The position numbers and the translations under genes were made by a program. From a virus (lineage: Duplodnaviria; Caudoviricetes), in IMG/VR virus record IMGVR_UViG_3300025608_000011, positions 34,439 through 98,438 of that record: a stretch of DNA of 64,000 bases; one strand, written 5' to 3'. The notes below the pieces were generated by a model. It searched no databases. It saw only the letters and a list, made by a program, of their open reading frames with translations, and had not been told where the DNA came from. Of the stretch, positions 29,131 through 38,980 are shown piece after piece (positions within the stretch are counted from its first letter, which is position 1; every line of letters starts with the position of its first letter).

Positions 29131-30350
29131 TGTGGAACGGTAAAATAGATCAAGTTCACTGGGAACCTAGCGATAAGTGTAATAGTGCATGCCCTATGTG
29201 TCCTAGATATACCAGCGACGGCTTTGAAAATCCTGCACTGGTAAACACAGAATGGACATTAGATGGATTTATAAATGCATGGCCGGAACAATTCCTTAAA
29301 GACTTAAAGAAAATTTTAAGTTGCGGCAATTTCGGTGATCCTTGTGCTTGTAGAGACTTTTCAGATATTTACAAATATGTAAGAAGTATAAATCCTACTA
29401 TAGGTCTTGCAGTCAATACTAATGCTAGTTTAAGGACACCTGATTGGTGGGCACAACTAGGTTCAGTTATGCGTAAAGAACAAAGTAAAGCAAACTATTG
29501 TACATTTAGCATTGATGGGTTAGACGATACAAATCACTTATATAGAAGAAATACTAATTTCAAAAAAATTATGGAAAATGCTGAAGCCTTTATCGATGCC
29601 GGTGGAGTTGCCCATTGGGATTATATTGTTTTTAAACACAACGAGCATCAAGTAGAAGAAGCAAAAAATATTGCTATCAAAATGGGATTTGAAAATTTTA
29701 ATATCAAAAAAACTACCCGCTGGGGCGGCTACGATGAAAATGGTTTAGGCTATCATAAAGTTTATCACAAAGGCAAATTTTTATATAACCTAGAACAACC
29801 TTCAGATAAATCTTTCCAGCATAATTTTGAAGATGCTACACTTTTCCAAAATGAAGAACGACAAAGTTTTACCTTAAAACAATTACGTAAAGTAAAAGGT
29901 AAAGATAACGTTCAGCGTGTTTTTGTAAATGGAGAGTATAAAGAAGTTCGATTAAATGATCTAAATGTAGATTGCAGATCAGTTGCCGGAACTAGAAAAG
30001 ATTCAACAAATGAAATTTATATTGGAGCAGACGGCACTGTTTCGCCGTGTTGTTTTCTTGGTTCAGAACCATTTTTTCCTAAGAACGAAAGAAGAGACGA
30101 AAATTATATTAAAATTTTAGATTTATCTGGCGGTTTAGAATTATTTAATATGCATCGTTATGATTTGTATGAAATTCTTGAAAGACCAGCATTTAAAAAA
30201 TTTATACCTGATACATGGAAGGTTGACGGGAAATCGAGTAACCGGATGCGTCCTTTTAAATGCGGCAGTTGTTGCGGCAGAGAATATAACGGCTTAGATT
30301 TTGGAGAACTAGGAGATAAATTAGGAGCATATCTTGATCGATCTAAATAA
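29130..30350 (+). CDS. Radical SAM protein with C-terminal SPASM/twitch-like domain
   Basis: CNSACPMC; GNFGDP; FSIDG; C-terminal C...YIGADGTVSPCC...CGSCC. Confidence 0.9.
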   Translation: MWNGKIDQVHWEPSDKCNSACPMCPRYTSDGFENPALVNTEWTLDGFINAWPEQFLKDLKKILSCGNFGDPCACRDFSDIYKYVRSINPTIGLAVNTNASLRTPDWWAQLGSVMRKEQSKANYCTFSIDGLDDTNHLYRRNTNFKKIMENAEAFIDAGGVAHWDYIVFKHNEHQVEEAKNIAIKMGFENFNIKKTTRWGGYDENGLGYHKVYHKGKFLYNLEQPSDKSFQHNFEDATLFQNEERQSFTLKQLRKVKGKDNVQRVFVNGEYKEVRLNDLNVDCRSVAGTRKDSTNEIYIGADGTVSPCCFLGSEPFFPKNERRDENYIKILDLSGGLELFNMHRYDLYEILERPAFKKFIPDTWKVDGKSSNRMRPFKCGSCCGREYNGLDFGELGDKLGAYLDRSK

Positions 30351-31548
30351 GTATACAAATTATTGTACCTTTCCGTTCATATCAGTTAGTTTAGATCAAT
30401 ATGGTTCAGTGCGTCAATGTTGTAGTTGTGCGTTTGATATTCCAAAACCTTATTATTTTGATGTAGATAATATTGACGACATTTTAAATAACAATTACAT
30501 GCAAGATGTGAGGTCTGCTTTTTTAGAAAATAAAAGACATCCCACTTGTGTTAGATGTTGGAATGCTGACGATATAGGCGCAAGAAGTTTTAGAAAAACT
30601 GCTATCGATCCTACTAATCCAAACGGCCATATCCATTATAGTGAATCAACTTTTAAAAAAGAATTATCTTGCGAAGATATTAGATATATAGATCTAAATC
30701 TAGGAAACAAATGTAATTTAGCATGTAGAATGTGTGATGCAACTAGTAGTACACTGCTTGCTAAAAATTTAAAAGATATTGGAAGATGGACAGGAGAAAT
30801 TGATCACAATCCTTCACGTAAATTAAAAGATTCTATTTTAGAATTTATTGATCGTTGTAAAAATTTAACAGGTATATATGCTGTAGGAGGCGAGCCGTTA
30901 GTTAACGAATTCTTTGATGAAATTTTAGATTTGTTAATAAAAAATGGATCTGCAAAAAATATAGATTTGCAATTTAATACTAATTTATATACTAATAAAA
31001 TAAGTTCATATATAGATAGATTTTCTAAATTTAAAAGTAACAGAATTTCTGTTAGTGTTGATGGAGAAGGTGACACGTATAATTACATAAGGTGGCCTGG
31101 TAATTATACTAAACTTGTAAAAAACTGGAAAGAAATAGAAAAAATAGTTGATCATAGCACTATTAATGTAGGTATATCAACTACTATGCAAAATCTAAAT
31201 GCTCATAATTATTATGATTTAATTCATAGTGAATTAGGCAGCATCGGCGGAAAACAAACTTGTTTTTATTTCATAGACATAATGGGTACAAATCAACTTA
31301 ACTTAGTTCCAAAATATATTTTATTAGAACAAATTACAAAATTAAAAAATATGAAATTTATCCATCAGCATGTACACAGTCTTATAAAAACTTTAGAAAA
31401 TGCATATGAGCAACCAATAGATATAGCCAGGATACACAAATTTTTTAGTATAACAAAAGATTTTGACAAGTCAAGGAAACAAAATTTGTTTAATACAATG
31501 CCTTGGTTTTTAAAACTAGCAGACGAGTATAATATAGATCCGTGGTAA
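30334..31548 (+). CDS. Radical SAM protein with N-terminal twitch domain
   Basis: CNLACRMC; GGEP; N-terminal CTFPF...QCC...CVRCW. Confidence 0.9.
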   Translation: MIDLNKYTNYCTFPFISVSLDQYGSVRQCCSCAFDIPKPYYFDVDNIDDILNNNYMQDVRSAFLENKRHPTCVRCWNADDIGARSFRKTAIDPTNPNGHIHYSESTFKKELSCEDIRYIDLNLGNKCNLACRMCDATSSTLLAKNLKDIGRWTGEIDHNPSRKLKDSILEFIDRCKNLTGIYAVGGEPLVNEFFDEILDLLIKNGSAKNIDLQFNTNLYTNKISSYIDRFSKFKSNRISVSVDGEGDTYNYIRWPGNYTKLVKNWKEIEKIVDHSTINVGISTTMQNLNAHNYYDLIHSELGSIGGKQTCFYFIDIMGTNQLNLVPKYILLEQITKLKNMKFIHQHVHSLIKTLENAYEQPIDIARIHKFFSITKDFDKSRKQNLFNTMPWFLKLADEYNIDPW

Positions 31549-32186
31549 AAAATATTAAAACCATTAATACTAATCCTCCGGTAATTCAAGTTGAATTTGA
31601 GCCGTTAATGTCTGACGACAAATTAAACAAAATATATCAAGATACTAACAATTTCGAAGAAATAAATTATAATAAAGAATTAACACAAATATCAAATAGA
31701 TTTTCATACAAAAATAAAAATAAAATTGCTGAAAAACTTTCTTATAATGCAACTCTTTGTTTTGAAGAAATAACAAAATATATTATTAAGTTAGATCCTG
31801 TAAATTATCCTATTTATTATGGAGACGTTAAATCTGAAGATTCTCTTTTATCGCAATGGTACGATGAACAGCAACTATGGGATAAAAGACACGGGTTAAT
31901 AGTATTAGACAAGCCAGGATTTAGTCAAGGATATCATATAGACAACAGATTTGTTTTGTGGGCAGGAGTAATTAATTTACAAGATAACTCAACAACTACA
32001 GAAATGTATCATCGTATCGGCGAATACGATTATAAATTATACCACAAGACAATAGGAACAAAATGGACTGGAACTTTTTGGTTAAACACCGAACATACCT
32101 GGCATATGCTTCCTGAGGTACAAGAAGACAGGCGAATTCTGTTGTGTAATCAATGGATGTGCGCTACTGCTCTTAAACCCACTTAG
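31542..32186 (+). CDS. Fe(II)/2-oxoglutarate oxygenase-like protein
   Basis: HID...TWH...RR (HxD...H triad with distal Arg). Confidence 0.55.
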   Translation: MVKNIKTINTNPPVIQVEFEPLMSDDKLNKIYQDTNNFEEINYNKELTQISNRFSYKNKNKIAEKLSYNATLCFEEITKYIIKLDPVNYPIYYGDVKSEDSLLSQWYDEQQLWDKRHGLIVLDKPGFSQGYHIDNRFVLWAGVINLQDNSTTTEMYHRIGEYDYKLYHKTIGTKWTGTFWLNTEHTWHMLPEVQEDRRILLCNQWMCATALKPT

Positions 32187-32811
32187 ACCCGTCCTTATTA
32201 AAAACGTAACCGGAATCTTTTAATTGCAAGTTTTCGACTACATTTAAAATATCCTTGGCGTCTTTTTCTTCTTCTCCTTCGGGAAACCATATCGGCTGAA
32301 TACAAAAAAATATACCTGGATGATATTTTGCAAAACCTCGCATTATATGTAAGTTTGTAGATTTTGAACTAGCATAACCGGCAAACTTCCAATAATCAGG
32401 ATCTGCACCGTTTATTAAACCTGTAAGCATCCAACCTATCTTAGTGTTATCATTAATTTTTGTTGTGAGTCCTTTTACAATATAATAGGTAATTTGACAA
32501 TCTAACCAAAATGCTTTATTCCAGTACTCTATAGGAAAGTCGTTACCAGGAGCATAGAACTCGTCATTGGGTCCTCCTCCTGAATTTTGATTAAAAAATA
32601 TTAGATCGTAAGATTCTGTTTGTATGCTAGATATAATATCTTTTACATCTTGTTCCTTACAATTATGCCAATCAATAGAATATGTAGTAACATTATCGTT
32701 TACATAGTTACTACTAGATATAAGATCAACATGATAATTATTCTGAGTTAAAGTTTTAGTTAAAACAGCACCCCATTTAGAACCGCCACCAATTATTAAA
32801 GAATTTTTCAT
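32173..32811 (-). CDS. Short-chain dehydrogenase/reductase (SDR)
   Basis: LIIGGGSKWG Rossmann motif; YASSK (YxxxK). Start moved to the ATG at 32811 (MKNSLII). Confidence 0.7.
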   Translation of the reverse strand: MKNSLIIGGGSKWGAVLTKTLTQNNYHVDLISSSNYVNDNVTTYSIDWHNCKEQDVKDIISSIQTESYDLIFFNQNSGGGPNDEFYAPGNDFPIEYWNKAFWLDCQITYYIVKGLTTKINDNTKIGWMLTGLINGADPDYWKFAGYASSKSTNLHIMRGFAKYHPGIFFCIQPIWFPEGEEEKDAKDILNVVENLQLKDSGYVFNKDGSKWV

Positions 32812-32816
32812 AAAAA

Positions 32817-32822
32817 TATTTA
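32817..32822 (-). promoter_or_regulatory. Possible late promoter (TAAATA) for the SDR
   Basis: TAAATA-TTTTT-ATG on the minus strand. Confidence 0.4.
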
Positions 32823-32850
32823 CCCAATAACATTTTTGCATATATAATAA

Positions 32851-32879
32851 TTGACAAAGTAAAAAAACGTTGTTATAAT
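32851..32879 (+). promoter_or_regulatory. Consensus sigma70 promoter with extended -10
   Basis: TTGACA (32851-56), 17 bp, TGt-TATAAT (32874-79). Confidence 0.85.
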
Positions 32880-32884
32880 AAGCT

Positions 32885-33556
32885 ATGTTTGATATTATTT
32901 TTATTTCTTATAACGAGCCTAATGCAGATAAAAATTGGGAAGATCTAAAAAATAGATTCCCGTCAGCACAGCGGGTGCATGGCATAAAAGGCATTCACAA
33001 TGCACATAAAGAAGCTGCTAATATAGCTCTTACAAAAATGTTTTGGGTAGTAGACGCTGATGCTGTTATACTCTCAGAGTTTACCTTTGAATACAGCGCC
33101 GCATATAAGGACATAGACTATGATACAGTATATGTTTGTAAAAGTAAAAATCCTGTTAATAATTTAGTTTACGGTTACGGCGGAGTAAAATTACTACCAA
33201 CTAAACTTACTCGTAAAATGAAAACGAACACGTTTGATATGACTACAAGTATTAGTGAAAAATTTGTTCCATTGCCTGAAGTTTCAAATATCACAGAATT
33301 TAATACAGATCCTTTTAATACATGGAAAAGTGCATTTAGAGAATGTGCTAAACTTGCAAGTCAAACTATTGACAGACAGGATAGTGTAGAAACAAATTAT
33401 AGATTAGATGTTTGGACAACTATTCACAATAATGCGGACTATAGTGAGTATGCCTTAGAAGGTGCCAAAGCTGGTAAAAAGTTTGGTATAGATAATAAAG
33501 CTGATATCTCTTTGATTAATGATTTTGATTGGTTAAAAGAGAAATTTAATGAGTAG
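32885..33556 (+). CDS. Glycosyltransferase-like protein (paralog of 25260)
   Basis: DIIFISYNEPNA...RVHGIKG...FWVVDAD...YGYGGVK...WKSAFRE. Confidence 0.6.
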   Translation: MFDIIFISYNEPNADKNWEDLKNRFPSAQRVHGIKGIHNAHKEAANIALTKMFWVVDADAVILSEFTFEYSAAYKDIDYDTVYVCKSKNPVNNLVYGYGGVKLLPTKLTRKMKTNTFDMTTSISEKFVPLPEVSNITEFNTDPFNTWKSAFRECAKLASQTIDRQDSVETNYRLDVWTTIHNNADYSEYALEGAKAGKKFGIDNKADISLINDFDWLKEKFNE

Positions 33557-34223
33557 ATTAATTACATTTGGATGCAGTAATACATTTGGAGAAGGTTTAC
33601 CTGATGCCGAACGTAATGCTAGTAATCCTTCGCTTGCTATTCCTGAACCTAGTAAATATTCCTGGCCTGTATTTTTGGGTAATAAAATTGGAACTGATGT
33701 TGTAAATTTAGGAATACCTGGCGGATCTAATAAACAAATATGGAAATTAATATTAAATCAAGAGTTTAAAAAAACTGATATAGTAGTAATTTTATGGACA
33801 TCTTTTTATAGAACTTGTTTTTTCTCTACATCGGATACTACGTATCGTATATTGCCTTCATGGGCAGATAAAAAACACAAAAGGCCTAAAGACGAATATA
33901 ATTTTAATAGAAATTATTACAATAATTTTTTCTTTGAAGAAAATTTAAATTTAGAAAGTTTTTTATGTATAGATCACGTAAAAAAATATTTAGATGAAAA
34001 AAATATAGAAAACTATCATTTTACATTTTTTAGAAATTCCAAAAGAAGTCCACTACCTATTAATAATATAAAACAACCTATATGGTTTACAACAAAGTTA
34101 CAACCTTTAGAATTTATTGACGATTTAGCATCAGACAATGATCATCCTAGTGTCCTTGCACATCAAGATTTTGCTAATAAAATTTATAAAGTAATAGGTA
34201 GTAATTTACCAACTAGCATGTAA
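33549..34223 (+). CDS. SGNH/GDSL hydrolase-like protein
   Basis: FGCSNTFG block I, NLGIPGGSN block II, DNDHPS block V. Confidence 0.6.
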   Translation: MSRLITFGCSNTFGEGLPDAERNASNPSLAIPEPSKYSWPVFLGNKIGTDVVNLGIPGGSNKQIWKLILNQEFKKTDIVVILWTSFYRTCFFSTSDTTYRILPSWADKKHKRPKDEYNFNRNYYNNFFFEENLNLESFLCIDHVKKYLDEKNIENYHFTFFRNSKRSPLPINNIKQPIWFTTKLQPLEFIDDLASDNDHPSVLAHQDFANKIYKVIGSNLPTSM

Positions 34224-34846
34224 CGTGTGCCTCTAGTGTCTTCTACTTCTTCTTCGTATAATACTTTTGCTCGTTCAGGTAATTGATCTTTAAATTCTTC
34301 TAAACTATTTACACAATTAACATGTCCATCAATTCCAAACATATTATTAGACTGGAATGCAAAATAACAGTTATCTGAAATACTAGGATCTTTTTCTGAC
34401 AATCCATCTGCTAGTAATGCGCCTGGACCAAACCAAGGCCACTCTTTCATAGGAGACATATGTTCACAGGATGTATTAATTATAAGGTTTGTTTCTTTAT
34501 AAAGTTTTCTTCGTGTTTTAAACACATCGTCACATATGTAATCAACATTTTTATAATTAGGAAACATTTTGTTTTTTGAAATTTGGAGCGGTTTTGAATC
34601 TAGATCAATTAATACAATTCTTTTAATCTTATTTGCAAGTTTAGGAATAAGAATGCTTCCGTACCAACTCCCCCAAAGTACAACTGTAGAATTTTTATTT
34701 AAAATATTAAGATAATCTATAGCATGAAGAAGCGCATCTTTAGATGCAAACTGATTATCACTAAAAGAATCAATAATATCTTCACTGTACTCTGGGTTAT
34801 CTTTTATAGTTTTTAATACATTTCTAAAAATAGTTTCGTCTATCAT
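34184..34846 (-). CDS. Class I SAM-dependent methyltransferase-like protein
   Basis: VLWGSWYG, LIDLD, INTSCEHM. Confidence 0.65.
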   Translation of the reverse strand: MIDETIFRNVLKTIKDNPEYSEDIIDSFSDNQFASKDALLHAIDYLNILNKNSTVVLWGSWYGSILIPKLANKIKRIVLIDLDSKPLQISKNKMFPNYKNVDYICDDVFKTRRKLYKETNLIINTSCEHMSPMKEWPWFGPGALLADGLSEKDPSISDNCYFAFQSNNMFGIDGHVNCVNSLEEFKDQLPERAKVLYEEEVEDTRGTRYMLVGKLLPITL

Positions 34847-36354
34847 TTTCTCACCAAATAGTTATCTATAACTAGAATATCCAATCCACACTTTTTAAAT
34901 GTAGCAACAGCATCTTCTGGTGTTTCTACAATTGGTTCTTGACAATTAAAACTAGTATTAAGTAGCATAGGAATGCCAGTTAATTTATAAAATTCATTTA
35001 TTAAATTATAATATTTTTCATTAAATTGTTTTGTTACGGTTTGAATTCTTGCTGTACCGTCTATGTGTGTAACACCGGGAATAGCATTACTTGTTACAGG
35101 CATAATGCGACTCATATAAGGTGACGATTGGTTAGTGTCAAAATAATCTTTATAATGCTCTGCTAATACACTAGGAGCAAATGGACGAAAGTCTTCGCGT
35201 AGTTTAATTTTACTGTTAATAATATCTTTGATATTAGGATTTCGAGGATCGGCTAGGATACTACGATTACCTAATGCTCTATTACCACTCTCTGATTTGC
35301 TTTGATACCATCCTACAATTTTACCATTTGCAATAGCGTCTGCAACATGAATGCAAAGTTTATCAAACGGAAGTTCTTCTCGATTTAATCCACTAAAGAT
35401 AATAGGATCTATGTCGTGTTCTAATCCTGCATAAACTGAAGGAGAACTTATTGTGTTATTTAAAACAAAGTCAGCATGCATATATGCACCAATTGCCTGT
35501 CCTTCATCTCCTGCTGCAGGCGGCACATGAACTTTTTTATAGTGTTTTGTAAATTCTTCGTTCATGTAACCGTTGTATGCAACTCCGCCTGCAATGCACA
35601 AGTTGTCAGATGTTTTTAAAGGATATACGTGTTCTTTAATTAAGTTTACAGTATATTCTTGTAATGTAAATGCTACATCTTCTTTGGGTGTAGTTTCTAA
35701 TACTCCGTATGCATCTTTAGGTAATTTATGATTAGGATTTTCAAGATATTCGTCGATTATTCTATGTACGTCTTGATTATACTTTCCAAAGCCAGCGAGC
35801 CCCATAGTTTTGCCTGCTCCTAGATATCCAAATCCAAGATCCTGCGATAACCTGTTCCATAACCCGCCAATAGAAACTTTGTCTGATAAGTCTGTAATGT
35901 TTCCTTCTGTGTCAACAAAGATGCAATTAAATTGCCATCCACGTCCATCTATGGCTAGAACATCACTTTTACTAAATCCAGAACTTAACAAAGCATATAC
36001 AGCATGACTTTGGTGATGATCTATATAATAGTAGTTGTCAGTTTGGTAATAATCCCATAAATTCTTAGGCTTAAAGTCTAAGAAACTTTTATCACCTATG
36101 TGTTCTTCTACAAGATCAATAACAAATTGTTGTCCTAGATTTGAACAAGTAAACGCAAATGTATTATCGTTTGTTTGATTTTTGTAGTTTGGTAAAAAAT
36201 GTTCTAGAAAAAAATGTCTGCTAGGAGTAGGGTCCTGCGGATTATCAGGATTTAAATTATGTTTCCATCGAGTATAACGCTCTGCAAGATAGTGTGTTTT
36301 ACCGTCATACCAATTATGATCATGTATGTTTAATGCAATTGCAAATATATTCAT
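34843..36354 (-). CDS. Carbamoyltransferase (NodU/CmcH/TobZ family)
   Basis: HHQSHA, DGRG, GKTMGLA, AGGVAYN, RALGNRSILADP, REDFRPFAPS, HIDGTARIQTV, NTSFN. Confidence 0.92.
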   Translation of the reverse strand: MNIFAIALNIHDHNWYDGKTHYLAERYTRWKHNLNPDNPQDPTPSRHFFLEHFLPNYKNQTNDNTFAFTCSNLGQQFVIDLVEEHIGDKSFLDFKPKNLWDYYQTDNYYYIDHHQSHAVYALLSSGFSKSDVLAIDGRGWQFNCIFVDTEGNITDLSDKVSIGGLWNRLSQDLGFGYLGAGKTMGLAGFGKYNQDVHRIIDEYLENPNHKLPKDAYGVLETTPKEDVAFTLQEYTVNLIKEHVYPLKTSDNLCIAGGVAYNGYMNEEFTKHYKKVHVPPAAGDEGQAIGAYMHADFVLNNTISSPSVYAGLEHDIDPIIFSGLNREELPFDKLCIHVADAIANGKIVGWYQSKSESGNRALGNRSILADPRNPNIKDIINSKIKLREDFRPFAPSVLAEHYKDYFDTNQSSPYMSRIMPVTSNAIPGVTHIDGTARIQTVTKQFNEKYYNLINEFYKLTGIPMLLNTSFNCQEPIVETPEDAVATFKKCGLDILVIDNYLVRK

Positions 36355-37211
36355 AGCATCAGGGTCTGTATTTTGTTTGCTTCTTCTTTTTTAAGTTGTT
36401 CTAAAATTTGTTCTCTTCGCATTTGTGGTCTAGGCGGAATAATGTCGTAACAATTTACACAATAATTTTCAAATTCAAAAAGTTCGTAGGTCATCATTTT
36501 ATCAATGTTTTCTTTTGTAACGTCAAATTGTCTACTTCCGTTAATAACCTTTCTACTGCAATGTCTAATCTTTTGTATTTCAAAATCAAAAACAGGAACC
36601 AACGGAAACTTTGCACAAATACGTCTTTCTATTTCAGGTGCTTGTACAAGTTCGTGATCTTTATAAAAATCAGGCGAACGTGAATTATATTCTTTAAACT
36701 CTGTGTTTTTATGATCTATTTCACTTAAATCAAAATTTTCTCTATATTTGAAGTAGTTAGGAGTTTCTATGATCAAGTTATAGTTATTTTTATCATTTTC
36801 TGGCAAAAAGTCATAACTACCTAGTTTTTCAATTCTATCTTCATAAAAATCTAACACAAGGTGTTCAATGTATATAATGTCTGGATCTTCTAATACACTA
36901 GGATAAAATTTACGAATAAGACTATTTGAAAGAACTTGTACTATAAGATTTTCATGCTTTTTTATTTCAGCAATTACTTCATCTAAATTTTTAATAAGTC
37001 CTGGCTCTCCTCCTAATAAACAAATACGTGTTTTGTATGGAGAGAGACCTTCTAAAATTGTACGCAAAAACTCCATATCAACTTCGAGATTACGCATTTC
37101 AAGAGTCCATGCAGTGCAATAGTGACAAGATTTATTACATGACTTAGTAAGATAAAAATCAACAGTCCTGTATTCTGATCCTTTTAAATCTTCTAAAGTT
37201 TTTATAGCCAT
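36351..37211 (-). CDS. Radical SAM protein
   Basis: CNKSCHYC; LLGGEPG; C-terminal C...HC...CVNC. Confidence 0.85.
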   Translation of the reverse strand: MAIKTLEDLKGSEYRTVDFYLTKSCNKSCHYCTAWTLEMRNLEVDMEFLRTILEGLSPYKTRICLLGGEPGLIKNLDEVIAEIKKHENLIVQVLSNSLIRKFYPSVLEDPDIIYIEHLVLDFYEDRIEKLGSYDFLPENDKNNYNLIIETPNYFKYRENFDLSEIDHKNTEFKEYNSRSPDFYKDHELVQAPEIERRICAKFPLVPVFDFEIQKIRHCSRKVINGSRQFDVTKENIDKMMTYELFEFENYCVNCYDIIPPRPQMRREQILEQLKKEEANKIQTLML

Positions 37212-37233
37212 TAAAATTTCCTAATTATTATTA

Positions 37234-37262
37234 AGTATATAGTATATTTGAATAAATGTCAA
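37234..37262 (-). promoter_or_regulatory. sigma70 promoter
   Basis: Minus strand TTGACA (37262-57), 17 bp, TATACT (37239-34), then AGGA RBS before 37211. Confidence 0.75.
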
Positions 37263-37264
37263 TG

Positions 37265-37597
37265 TTATCTTTCGCTATAAATTAATTTTTCTTTAGTTAA
37301 TGGATCTATACCGTAACTAATTTGCTTTTTTTTATTATCTGCACTACAGGATTTATAACACGATGGTGGTCCAATGTCTTTGGATAAATTTTTATAAAAT
37401 CTTTTCCATTCTTTAGTTTTTAAAATATCCTCAATATTTTCATAATCAGAAATATTACTAACTGCCAGTAATTTTTGAAAGTCAATATCGTTGTCGTTCA
37501 TAATATGATCACAGCGACAACAAGGTATTAAATGTCCCCGATTTGTTATAGCATATCCGATCTTTTGATCAAAACACATAGGATTTAATTTTTTCAT
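37265..37597 (-). CDS. Stand-alone SPASM/twitch-like Fe-S protein
   Basis: PMC...RGHLIPCC...IEDIL...W...PSCYKSC; paralog of 47198. Confidence 0.65.
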   Translation of the reverse strand: MKKLNPMCFDQKIGYAITNRGHLIPCCRCDHIMNDNDIDFQKLLAVSNISDYENIEDILKTKEWKRFYKNLSKDIGPPSCYKSCSADNKKKQISYGIDPLTKEKLIYSER

Positions 37598-37601
37598 ATA
37601 T

Positions 37602-38978
37602 TTAAATTTTTATGTTTTTTGTAGGTATGAGTTTGTCATTAGAGTCTCGCCATCTGGCAGAATTAATTAATAAGAAATTTACATTGTGTTCTTTAGATAG
37701 TTTTATTGCAGTATTAATATCGTCCTGGTTATATCGAAATAAAATATATTGCCAGAATGGTTTATGATTAAGATATTTTGTTGATTCGCACATTATATTG
37801 TATAGTTTTTCGCCGTCCTGATTTATCCTGTATTTAGAACTGTCTTTTGGTAGTCCGTCGATTCCAAAAAACCATTTAGCATCTGGATTAGATTTAAATG
37901 CTTCTATATACCAATTTTTTGATTTAAAAGAAGATGCAGTCGCAATACTTGTATCTATGTTTCTCTCATAACAGAGTTTTAAAAAATCTATTAAATTAGG
38001 ATGATGTACAGGATCTGAAAGTTGTCCACAAAAATGTATTTTCTTAGAAAATTTTGTAATTTTGACAAAATTTTCATATGTAAGATCCTCTCCTGGAATT
38101 TTTTCTCCTTTTTCAACATAATCACGTTGCCTTGAACAATGTGGACATTCTAAAGGACATCTATATGAAAGATCGAGATTAAGACGATCAGTTCTGTGGA
38201 AAAAATTTCTTTTAAATTTTTTGTTTTCTTTACATGGAAAAAATTCTTTACACCAATCTAAATCAAATGCCCATCCTTTTTCATAGCACCAAAAACAATT
38301 ATGACACTCTTTTGTATGGTTATTAGTATCTTCTGCTGATCCAACACATGAGTTTGTTAAAGGATATAAAGTTTTTAACAAATTGTGGTGTTTGTAAATA
38401 TCTGCAACAAATTTTTTATCCACGTTTACAAATGGTTTATAAATTCCGTTATTTAATTGTGCTTGTATTTTTGTATAATTTCTTCTTTTTTCTGCTTTTT
38501 CCAAAAATACATTATTCTTTTTCATAACCTTTAAGGGAGGATTTTTTGTAATACCGTCTACTAACAATGCGTCAGGATATTTTTCTTGTATATTTTTTAA
38601 AATGTTATCTAATTGAATTATCTTAGAAACGCCCGGATCTGGTAACTCTTTCATGTAAGAAAATTTTTTCCGAGCTGTACGTATTTCTTTTTTCATTTTA
38701 AGATCGTACATGTCAAAATCAAATACATGTAAATTATTAATTTTATTATTAGGAAATTCTTTTTGTATCCATTTTACAATTTTTTCCGCGCAATAATAAT
38801 CATTAGGAGACCTTATATCTTTTGCACAAAATGGAATGACTTCGATTCGTGGAATATAATAACAAATGATGTATAAAAGTGATGCAGAATCTAAACCCCC
38901 AGATAACGAAAGTAGCACTTTATTTGGAACATCAAAGTTAAAAAAATCAATTGATTTTTGATTATATGTTAAAATCAT
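37602..38978 (-). CDS. Fusion of a QueC-like PP-loop ATPase and a radical SAM domain
   Basis: N-terminal LSLSGGLDS and TNSC...CHNCFWC; C-terminal CPLECPHC, FCGQLSDP, FGIDG, WQYILFRYN. Confidence 0.8.
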   Translation of the reverse strand: MILTYNQKSIDFFNFDVPNKVLLSLSGGLDSASLLYIICYYIPRIEVIPFCAKDIRSPNDYYCAEKIVKWIQKEFPNNKINNLHVFDFDMYDLKMKKEIRTARKKFSYMKELPDPGVSKIIQLDNILKNIQEKYPDALLVDGITKNPPLKVMKKNNVFLEKAEKRRNYTKIQAQLNNGIYKPFVNVDKKFVADIYKHHNLLKTLYPLTNSCVGSAEDTNNHTKECHNCFWCYEKGWAFDLDWCKEFFPCKENKKFKRNFFHRTDRLNLDLSYRCPLECPHCSRQRDYVEKGEKIPGEDLTYENFVKITKFSKKIHFCGQLSDPVHHPNLIDFLKLCYERNIDTSIATASSFKSKNWYIEAFKSNPDAKWFFGIDGLPKDSSKYRINQDGEKLYNIMCESTKYLNHKPFWQYILFRYNQDDINTAIKLSKEHNVNFLLINSARWRDSNDKLIPTKNIKI

Positions 38979-38980
38979 TT

